Shown: positions 57,453 to 64,000 of the stretch, one piece after another
Numbering within the stretch: position 1 is the stretch's first letter
Layout of the letters: each line of letters opens with the position of its first letter
Source of the DNA: an uncultured Clostridia bacterium
GTDB taxonomy: Bacteria > Bacillota > Clostridia > Christensenellales > UBA1242
Length of the DNA stretch: 64,000 nt
Direction of reading: 5' to 3'
NCBI GenBank assembly: GCA_944362705.1
Contig: CALVTO010000002.1
Span: 140,818-204,817, forward strand
Made by a program: the position numbers and the translations under genes
Notes under the pieces: generated by a model
Databases searched by the model: none
What the model was told of the DNA's origin: nothing
The model's input: the letters and a program-made list of their open reading frames with translations, nothing else

Positions 57453-57482
57453 AAAACGAACTTAAATTTTAAGTTCGTTTTT
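57451..57482. terminator. Bidirectional terminator between the hydrolase gene and rplI
   Basis: Palindrome AAACGAACTTAAA-t-TTTAAGTTCGTTT flanked by an A-run and a T-run. Confidence 0.7.
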
Positions 57483-57516
57483 GCTGTTTCAAAGTTTACA
57501 GCCCTTAAGCTCTTTT

Positions 57517-57954
57517 TTATTGTACTTGTATTTTTATGCTTACAGAAACTTCGGCATAAAGTTTAATATGTGCAGTGTATGTGCCCGCGGACTTTATGGC
57601 TTGCGGTAATTCTATTTTCTTTTTATCAATAGAATAGCCTTGTTTTTCAAGTTCTTCGGCAATTTCTTTATTGGTAACCGAACCAAACATTTTTCCATTT
57701 TCACTGACTTTACCTGTAAATGTAATGGTTACATCTTTTAATTTCGCAGCGATTTGTTTAGCCCTAGCAAGTTCTTCTGCCCTTTTAGCTTCTGCGGCAC
57801 GTTTTTGTGCATTGTTGATAGATACGTTTTGTGCGTTTGCCGGCACGGCTAATTTATTTTTAAATAGGTAGTTGGTTGCATAACCATCGCTTACTTGAAT
57901 AACATCACCTTTTTTGCCTTGCGCTTTCACATCTTGCGTTAAAATAACTTTCAT
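57517..57954 (-). CDS. rplI: 50S ribosomal protein L9
   Basis: The start was set at ATG 57954 (MKVILTQDVKAQGKKGDVIQVSDGYATNYL, RBS AAGGAGAA). Confidence 0.95.
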   Translation of the reverse strand: MKVILTQDVKAQGKKGDVIQVSDGYATNYLFKNKLAVPANAQNVSINNAQKRAAEAKRAEELARAKQIAAKLKDVTITFTGKVSENGKMFGSVTNKEIAEELEKQGYSIDKKKIELPQAIKSAGTYTAHIKLYAEVSVSIKIQVQ

Positions 57955-58053
57955 AGTTTTCTCCTTTACTGGTAGTGTAGCGAATACATACGTTTTTGTC
58001 AAATGGGTTTAAAAATTTTTATTGTGTTTACACTTAAAAAGGAGGAAATATGT

Positions 58054-58344
58054 ATGGTAGGTTTACGATGCAAACGATTTGATTGCAAATATAACAAAGA
58101 TTTTAATTGCGAGGCGCGCAACATTATGGTGACAGAACACGCGTGTTGTAAAACATTTGAAAAAGACAAACATAAAACGGAAGCGCCACAAAACCTAGTG
58201 CCACAAAAAATGTTACAACGAAATACAGATATTTCTTGCGAGAGTGCATGCATTTTTAATGAAGAAGGCAAATGCATTGCCAACGGTATTACCATTATTG
58301 AAAAAGCAAAAGCTCCGCATTGCGTTAGTTTTATGCCTAAATAA
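58054..58344 (+). CDS. Cysteine-rich DUF1540-like protein
   Basis: The start was set at ATG 58054, after AGGAGG. It has two repeats of the C-x-x-x-x-C...H/C pattern (LRCKRFDCKYN...HACC; ISCESACIFNEEGKC...PHC). Confidence 0.6.
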   Translation: MVGLRCKRFDCKYNKDFNCEARNIMVTEHACCKTFEKDKHKTEAPQNLVPQKMLQRNTDISCESACIFNEEGKCIANGITIIEKAKAPHCVSFMPK

Positions 58345-58386
58345 AAAAGACACGTCTTTTTTGCTGATTAGCGCATATACTAGAAC

Positions 58387-59415
58387 ATGAATACAAAGAT
58401 AATTGATGCGACTATATTTCTTAATAATTTAAAAGAAATACAAAAACGAGCGCAAAAAGAGTTATGCGTTATGGTAAAAGCCGACGCTTACGGGCACGGC
58501 TTAAAAGAAATAGCCTCATGTTTACAAAACACCCCCTATGTTTGCGGTGTTTTTTCGCAAGCAGAGGGCATAGATTTACGAAAATATTTACCCAAACACC
58601 GTATTTGCGTATTTGGCATGTTGGAGGACGTAAAAACGTGTGTAGAACAAGGCTTAGAAATTTCGGTGCATAGTTTACAACAAGCCAAACAGTATTACAC
58701 CGAAGGAAAAAAAAGGGGGCTTTGCAGTGCATTACGTGTACACATTGCCATTGACACAGGCATGCACCGTTTTGGCTTGCAACAGCGAAAAGAGCTTTGT
58801 AAAACCTACGCCTTTTGTAAAAAACATTTTACACTCTGTGGCATATATACACATTTTTGTACCATAGACACAAACTTACAATTTTTTAAACAACAACAAG
58901 CACTTTTTCAAGAAAGTTTACAAAAGCTAGGCGAAAGGCTCGCCTATGCCACACATGTTGGCGGTGGATTATGTTTAGACGCTACACCAAGTTCTATGTT
59001 ACGTGTTGGGTTACTTGCCTATGGGTATGGCGCGCCATGGGTAAAACCATGTTTACAGATAAAAACACAAATTATGGAAATGAAAACATTACATAAAGGC
59101 GATATGCTTGGCTATAATGAAGGGTTTATTGCCACAGAAACTATGCGCGTGGGTATAGTTCCTTTGGGGTATGGCGACGGAATAGACATGCGTTTAAAGG
59201 ACCATTACGCCTTTATGGTAAACGGAACGGAACGTAAAATTATAGGCAATGTATGCATGGACTGCTGTTTTATTCCTTTACAGAAAAAAGACAACGTGGG
59301 CGACGAAGTGTGCGCCTTGCCGGCTAACCGTTGGGCTGAACAAATGAATGCATCGGTGTATGAAGTGCTGTGCAATCTTAAGCATATGCGCGCTTACAGT
59401 AAAATAAAACAATAA
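58387..59415 (+). CDS. alr: Alanine racemase
   Basis: Has the PLP-lysine motif VKADAYGHG, PLGYGDGI, and the second-site motif GNVCMD. Confidence 0.85.
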   Translation: MNTKIIDATIFLNNLKEIQKRAQKELCVMVKADAYGHGLKEIASCLQNTPYVCGVFSQAEGIDLRKYLPKHRICVFGMLEDVKTCVEQGLEISVHSLQQAKQYYTEGKKRGLCSALRVHIAIDTGMHRFGLQQRKELCKTYAFCKKHFTLCGIYTHFCTIDTNLQFFKQQQALFQESLQKLGERLAYATHVGGGLCLDATPSSMLRVGLLAYGYGAPWVKPCLQIKTQIMEMKTLHKGDMLGYNEGFIATETMRVGIVPLGYGDGIDMRLKDHYAFMVNGTERKIIGNVCMDCCFIPLQKKDNVGDEVCALPANRWAEQMNASVYEVLCNLKHMRAYSKIKQ

Positions 59416-59446
59416 AAAAACCGCTTGATAAGCGGTTTTATTTTTA
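59414..59446. terminator. Bidirectional terminator between alr and rplL
   Basis: Hairpin AAACCGCTT-gata-AAGCGGTTT flanked by an A-run and a T-run. Confidence 0.75.
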
Positions 59447-59465
59447 CACACATTTTTTAAAACAA

Positions 59466-59840
59466 TTATTGTAATTCTGCAGTTGCGCCTGCTTCTTTAA
59501 ATTTAGCAACCATTTCTTTTGCTGCTTCAGCAGGAACGTTTTCTTTTACAGTTTTTGGAGCGCCATCTACAACAGCTTTAGCATCTGCTAAACCTAAACC
59601 TGTAACTTCACGTACAACTTTGATAACGTTGATTTTGTTAGGACCAACTTCTTTTAATACAACGGTGAATTCGCTCTTTTCTTCTTCAGCTGGAGCTGCT
59701 GCAGCACCTGCTGCTGGAGCGGCAACTGCCATTGCAGCTGCAGAAACACCAAATTCTTCTTCTAATGCTTTTACTAGATCGTTTAATTCTAAAACGGTCA
59801 TTTCTTTTATTTCATTTACAAATTTTTGAATATCTGCCAT
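59466..59840 (-). CDS. rplL: 50S ribosomal protein L7/L12
   Basis: Has an Ala-rich hinge and [21 protein letters not shown]...AGATAELQ. Confidence 0.97.
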   Translation of the reverse strand: MADIQKFVNEIKEMTVLELNDLVKALEEEFGVSAAAMAVAAPAAGAAAAPAEEEKSEFTVVLKEVGPNKINVIKVVREVTGLGLADAKAVVDGAPKTVKENVPAEAAKEMVAKFKEAGATAELQ

Positions 59841-59867
59841 TTTTATATTCTCCTTTTTCTACTTTTT

Positions 59868-60356
59868 TTACGCGTTTTTCTTCGCAATTTCGCTAAGCGC
59901 TACGGCTAAGCTGCGCATTGGTGATGTAAGCATACCAAGCAATTGTGCAACCAAAACTTCTTTGGAAGGAATGGCTGCTAGTTCTTTGATTGCTTTTTCG
60001 TTTAAGATTTTGCCTTCTACATATGCAGATTTAACTTTCATTGTTTTTACTACTTTTGCGTTATCTACTGCAATTTTTGCAGGGGCTACAACATCTTCGG
60101 TTGAAAAAGCTACGGCTGTTGGACCTTCTAGCACACCATCTTCGAATGCAATGCCTAATTCTTCAAAAGCGCGTTTTAAAAGTTTGTTTTTATATACTTT
60201 GTATACAACGCCACTTTCACGGAATGTATTACGAAGAGCGGTATCTTGCGCTACGTTAATGCCTTTGTAATCTACCAAAACAATGGCTTTACTGTTTTGT
60301 GCATGTGCTTTAATTTCGTCTACAACCACTTTTTTTAGTTCTAGATTTTCCGACAT
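59868..60356 (-). CDS. rplJ: 50S ribosomal protein L10
   Basis: The start was set at ATG 60356 (MSENLELKKVVVDEI, RBS GGAGGG). The ORF-track start extends into the leader. Confidence 0.95.
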   Translation of the reverse strand: MSENLELKKVVVDEIKAHAQNSKAIVLVDYKGINVAQDTALRNTFRESGVVYKVYKNKLLKRAFEELGIAFEDGVLEGPTAVAFSTEDVVAPAKIAVDNAKVVKTMKVKSAYVEGKILNEKAIKELAAIPSKEVLVAQLLGMLTSPMRSLAVALSEIAKKNA

Positions 60357-60540
60357 GGTTTCCCTCCTACATTTTTTGTGTGTAAAAGCAAATAAAAAAC
60401 CCTTATGCAGTTTTGGCACACGCATAAGGGGACAAAATTTACCCTAACTTTGTTTGTGTACCTAGGCAAGATATTTAAGGACTTGTGCGTAAGCTCTGCC
60501 CACTTGCTGTCTTTGGCTGACAAAGATGATTTATTTACGT
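60357..60540 (-). promoter_or_regulatory. rplJ 5' leader with a terminator-type attenuator (L10-leader-like)
   Basis: On the minus strand, the hairpin CCCTTATGC...GCATAAGGG (60400-60430) is followed by TTTTTTATTT about 35 nt upstream of the rplJ RBS. Position and architecture match Firmicute L10 leaders. Confidence 0.6.
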
Positions 60541-61739
60541 TTTGTAGTATATACCGTTTCTTCGGGGTTGTCAAGTGTTTTTTCTTTTTTTGCTCTTTCA
60601 GAATTGCTTTTTGTAACGTTAGAATCTACAAGCACAATTTTACCTGCCCGCTGTGCCAAATTTAAAGGTAGACTAGGCGTAAAACCTTCTTCGGGCCCCC
60701 TTACTTTTACTAAAGCATGTACGTGCTTATCTAAATATTCTGCCAATAATGTTGCCGGTAGTTCGCGTATGTTTGCCATTTTGGTAACCGCATAAGCAAC
60801 AGATAAATTTTCGTATAAATGCTGACTTGGAATTTGATTTTTCTTCTTATGATAATTAACAAATTCTGCATACAATTTTAAACATACGGCGTCTGTATAT
60901 ATAATCTTTGAGCCTTGCCCTTGACTTGAATACCCAAGTTCACCTAAAAGTTCTTCTTCAGTTAACGGCTCATTGCATAGGTTTGGCTTAGTTAAAATAG
61001 TTTTCTCTAAAAATTTTTGCATTGTAGTTTCTAGCTTTTCTGGTACACGACAATATTCTGGTACTTGATTTAATTTTTGTACGTTTCTATATAATAGCTC
61101 TATATAATCAAGTGCTTTTGCCACAGGGCTATATACATAACCTGCTTGTCGCATGTACTCATATATATTGACTTGTTTTTCTTGTGCCATAAAACACAAA
61201 GATTTAAAAGCTACAAAATCTTCACGAATTTGCGTTATGTTTTTTTGTGGATACTTTTTTTCCATAAAGCGTTTTTCTTGTTTTTCAGTAACGAAATAAA
61301 AGCGTTTTTCAATTTTAATATCATCCCCATAAATGGAAGAAAGCATATCATCAGCTGTAATGCCTAAAGAAAAAGCATAAAAGGTTACTTTGCCATATAT
61401 TTCTGGATACAGCACCTGCATTCCATATATTTTCCCTTTATGTAAACATTCTTCTAAGGCATTTTGCACTTGTACAAAAGTTTTTATGCCATATTTATCA
61501 AAAAACTTTTCTGAAACATCTTTCATTCTATAGCCTGTTTTTTTACGCCACTCACGATTTGATGCTTGCATTTGATATTCCCTTATAATGCCATGCATGA
61601 TGTCTTGTGTTTTTTTACCTGTGCGTTTGGCCAACCTGTACACATATACCTGCACATAATCTGGCAAATGCTTTATTGTAATATAGCCGTCTGGGTCTTG
61701 TGCTTTCATAAGAGTTACAGCAATTTCTTCTTTATTCAT
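60531..61739 (-). CDS. Hypothetical 402-aa protein inserted between rplA and rplJ; the N-terminus resembles a ribbon-helix-helix motif
   Basis: The start was set at ATG 61739 (RBS AAAGGGGAA). The segment ITIKHLPDYVQVYVYRLAKRTGKKTQDIMHGIIREY fits the RHH pattern (beta strand, helix ending A..xG, second helix). Looser copies of the pattern recur downstream. Confidence 0.5.
   Translation of the reverse strand: MNKEEIAVTLMKAQDPDGYITIKHLPDYVQVYVYRLAKRTGKKTQDIMHGIIREYQMQASNREWRKKTGYRMKDVSEKFFDKYGIKTFVQVQNALEECLHKGKIYGMQVLYPEIYGKVTFYAFSLGITADDMLSSIYGDDIKIEKRFYFVTEKQEKRFMEKKYPQKNITQIREDFVAFKSLCFMAQEKQVNIYEYMRQAGYVYSPVAKALDYIELLYRNVQKLNQVPEYCRVPEKLETTMQKFLEKTILTKPNLCNEPLTEEELLGELGYSSQGQGSKIIYTDAVCLKLYAEFVNYHKKKNQIPSQHLYENLSVAYAVTKMANIRELPATLLAEYLDKHVHALVKVRGPEEGFTPSLPLNLAQRAGKIVLVDSNVTKSNSERAKKEKTLDNPEETVYTTKRK
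60546..60574 (-). promoter_or_regulatory. rplJL promoter embedded in the last 15 codons of the upstream 402-aa ORF
   Basis: On the minus strand: TTGACA (60569-60574), 17 nt spacer, TATACT (60546-60551). Confidence 0.6.
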
Positions 61740-61762
61740 ACGTATTCCCCTTTTCACTTGTT

Positions 61763-61791
61763 AGTATACCATATACTATTTGTTTTTTCAA
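61763..61791 (-). promoter_or_regulatory. Promoter of the 402-aa ORF
   Basis: On the minus strand: TTGAAA (61786-61791), 17 nt spacer, TATACT (61763-61768). Confidence 0.6.
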
Positions 61792-61794
61792 GAT

Positions 61795-61825
61795 ATAAAA
61801 AAACAACCCTTACAGGTTGTTTTTT
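61795..61825 (-). terminator. Intrinsic terminator after rplA
   Basis: The minus strand reads AAACAACC-tgtaag-GGTTGTTT followed by a T-run, 7 nt after the rplA stop. Confidence 0.75.
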
Positions 61826-61831
61826 ACAGTT

Positions 61832-62521
61832 TTAGTTCATAGAATAGTTGACTTTTACGCCAGGGCCCATAGTGCTTGCCACAGCAACACTCTTTAAGTA
61901 AATACCTTTTGCCGCTTGTGGTTTTGCTTTAATTAACGCATCCATAACAGCAACCATATTTTCTTTTAAGTTTGCTACGCCAAAGCTCTTTTTACCAATG
62001 ATAACGTGAACAATAGCTGTTTTATCTAGACGATATTCTACTTTACCAGCTTTAACATCTTTAACAGCTTTTGCTACATCTGGTGTAACTGTACCACTTT
62101 TAGGGTTTGGCATTAAACCACGTGGCCCTAAAATTCTTGCAATACGACCTACTAAACCCATCATATCTGGTGTAGTGATGCAGGCATCGAAACCTAACCA
62201 GTTTTCTTTCATGATTTTTTCAATCATATCTTCTGCGCCAACAAAATCTGCGCCTGCGGCTTTTGCAATATCAGCTTTTTCACCTTTTGCAATAACCAAT
62301 ACTTTTACAGATTTACCTGTACCATGTGGAAGTACAACGGTTCCACGTACTTGTTGGTCTGCATTTCTTGGGTCTACCCCAAGTTTTACGTGCAATTCAA
62401 TAGATTCATCGAATTTTGCGCTTGCTGTTTCTACAACTTTTGCAAGTGCGCTTTCAACATCGTAAGATTGACCGCGTTCTACTTTACTTGCAACTTCATT
62501 AAATCTTTTACTGTGTTTCAT
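61832..62521 (-). CDS. rplA: 50S ribosomal protein L1
   Basis: Contains [21 protein letters not shown] and [15 protein letters not shown]. Confidence 0.97.
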   Translation of the reverse strand: MKHSKRFNEVASKVERGQSYDVESALAKVVETASAKFDESIELHVKLGVDPRNADQQVRGTVVLPHGTGKSVKVLVIAKGEKADIAKAAGADFVGAEDMIEKIMKENWLGFDACITTPDMMGLVGRIARILGPRGLMPNPKSGTVTPDVAKAVKDVKAGKVEYRLDKTAIVHVIIGKKSFGVANLKENMVAVMDALIKAKPQAAKGIYLKSVAVASTMGPGVKVNYSMN

Positions 62522-62533
62522 AACGCGCGCCTC

Positions 62534-62962
62534 CTAACCTTCAATTTCAACGCCCATGCTACGCGCTGTTCCTTTTACCATGCTAATAGCTGATTCTAAA
62601 CTTGTTGTGTTTAGATCTGGCATTTTTGTTTTTGCAATTTCTTCTACTTGTGCCATGGTAAGTTTGCCGACTTTATCTTTGTTTGGTTTTGCACTTCCGC
62701 TTTCAATACCTAGCGCCTTTTTAATTAGAACGGCTACTGGTGGTGTTTTTAACACGAAAGTAAATGAACGATCTTGATAGATAGTCATTTCTACAGGAAT
62801 AATTAACCCTGCTTGGCTCGCTGTTTTGTCGTTAAAATCTTTAACGAATGATGGAATGTTAATTCCGTGAGGTCCTAAAGATGAGCCGACTGGAGGACCT
62901 GCAGTTGCTTTGCCCGCTGGTAATTGTAATTTTACTACCGCGGTAATTTTCTTTTCTGCCAT
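62534..62962 (-). CDS. rplK: 50S ribosomal protein L11
   Basis: Contains [26 protein letters not shown] and TKMPDLN. Confidence 0.97.
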   Translation of the reverse strand: MAEKKITAVVKLQLPAGKATAGPPVGSSLGPHGINIPSFVKDFNDKTASQAGLIIPVEMTIYQDRSFTFVLKTPPVAVLIKKALGIESGSAKPNKDKVGKLTMAQVEEIAKTKMPDLNTTSLESAISMVKGTARSMGVEIEG

Positions 62963-63108
62963 TTTTCTCTCTCCTTTATTTCAACAGAAATAGGTTGTGG
63001 TGCTTATAGAGGCATGACATAAATTTACCTCCTCCCACATTTGTATAAAAGCACTACGTGCGTTATACCACTTTTTACAGTTTAACGAGATGTGGCTCGT
63101 GCTTTACG

Positions 63109-63642
63109 TTATTGTAAAACATCTATTTGAACAAAATCTACATCTACCGGAGTTAAACGCCCAAACATTTCGACGTTTAGTTTGCATTTTTGGTTCTCGT
63201 TATCAACTTCGGTAACTTCTCCAACAAAACCTTCTAGCGGGCCAGATGTAACTTTTACTTGGTCGCCTACACGAACGGTCATATCTATTTTAATTTTTTC
63301 AAGTTGCATTTTGCGCACTTCTACATCTGGTAGAGGTAAAGGACGGCCATCTGGGCCTGCAAAACTTGTAACCCCACGCGTATTAACAATGGTGTGCCAC
63401 AAACTATCACGATATTTCATTTTTAATAAAACATAACATGGAAATTTTTTGCGTTGCACAATTTTCTTTTTTCCATTCTTTTCTTCCACTACGTCCATCA
63501 TGGGAACTTGAACGTCGAGAATGGTATCTTCTAGTGCATTCTTTTTAATAACTTTTAATAAGCTATCTTTTACCATGTTTTCATAACCTGTTAAGGTGTG
63601 GATGACATACCACTTTGGTTCTAAATCGTTTTCATTTTCCAT
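63109..63642 (-). CDS. nusG: Transcription termination/antitermination factor NusG
   Basis: The NGN domain reads KWYVIHTLTGYENMV. The KOW motif reads VGDQVKVTSGPLEGFVGEVTEVD. Confidence 0.95.
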   Translation of the reverse strand: MENENDLEPKWYVIHTLTGYENMVKDSLLKVIKKNALEDTILDVQVPMMDVVEEKNGKKKIVQRKKFPCYVLLKMKYRDSLWHTIVNTRGVTSFAGPDGRPLPLPDVEVRKMQLEKIKIDMTVRVGDQVKVTSGPLEGFVGEVTEVDNENQKCKLNVEMFGRLTPVDVDFVQIDVLQ

Positions 63643-63681
63643 AAACTTTTACGAAACTTTTTTCGCCTCCCCTTATTTATT

Positions 63682-63963
63682 TTACACGATAAGTTGAATT
63701 AAAAAACTTACAAGTGAATCGATACCTAAAACAAGCAACATAAAAATAAGCACAACAGAAATAACCATGCCTGTTTGTTTCATGGTTTTGCCAAAAGAAG
63801 GCCAGCTTACCTTTTTAAGTTCGCTTATTGTTTCTTTTGCGCGATTTCTTTTTACTTTTTCAGGTTTCTTTTCTTTCTTTTTTGCTGGCTTTACGTCATT
63901 AAGTTTTACGTTGGAATTTTGTTTTACTTCCATTTGCTTATTGCTATTTTTGTTTTTAGCCAT
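63682..63963 (-). CDS. secE: Preprotein translocase subunit SecE with a ~45-aa Lys-rich N-terminal extension
   Basis: The C-terminal core reads ISELKKVSWPS...TGMVISVVLIFMLLVLGIDSL. Conserved position upstream of nusG. Confidence 0.88.
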   Translation of the reverse strand: MAKNKNSNKQMEVKQNSNVKLNDVKPAKKKEKKPEKVKRNRAKETISELKKVSWPSFGKTMKQTGMVISVVLIFMLLVLGIDSLVSFLIQLIV

Positions 63964-63977
63964 ACAAGTGCTCCTGT

Positions 63978-64000
63978 TTATTTTGTTTCTTTATGTACCG
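63978..64000 (-). CDS. rpmG: 3' end of 50S ribosomal protein L33 (partial, runs off the right edge)
   Basis: The minus frame reads ...V H K E T K stop (TAA at 63978-63980), the typical bL33 C-terminus. Expected position upstream of secE. Confidence 0.6.

Overview
Chromosomal segment of an AT-rich, Clostridia-like Firmicute. Supporting signs are a tmRNA tag ending ANENFALAA, a type-Z S14, AddAB, a zinc-lid Adk and standard stop codons. Nearly all genes are on the minus strand. The core content is: rpmG(partial)-secE-nusG-rplK-rplA and rplJ-rplL (64.0-59.5 kb); a complete S10-spc-alpha ribosomal superoperon from rpsJ to rplQ, including secY, adk, map, infA, rpmJ and rpoA (43.0-27.2 kb); rnr-smpB-ssrA (25.0-21.9 kb); truA-rplM-rpsI (4.6-2.8 kb); addB-addA; a class I lysyl-tRNA synthetase; PFOR/nifJ (plus strand); ung; alr; and rplI. 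No rRNA, tRNA, CRISPR array, transposase or integrase was found. The most interesting accessory items are listed here. (1) A self-contained two-gene HipA-like kinase module at 8.56-9.96 kb, with the kinase first and a translationally coupled HipS-like N-subdomain ORF second, and no HTH partner. A candidate small RNA converges on it. (2) A 402-aa ORF of unknown function with its own promoter, inserted exactly between the rplA terminator and the rplJ promoter and leader. (3) A membrane protein with two HMGA-type AT-hooks, next to a ~370-bp extremely AT-rich tract that carries a duplicated DnaA-box-like 15-mer. (4) Lys/Ala-rich histone-H1-like extensions on L30 and L24, with shorter basic tails on L29 and SecE. 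(5) An overlapping patatin / extracytoplasmic MBL / degenerate shikimate-kinase-like operon. (6) Two very large surface proteins. All functional calls rest on motif and pattern recognition by eye. No database search was run.
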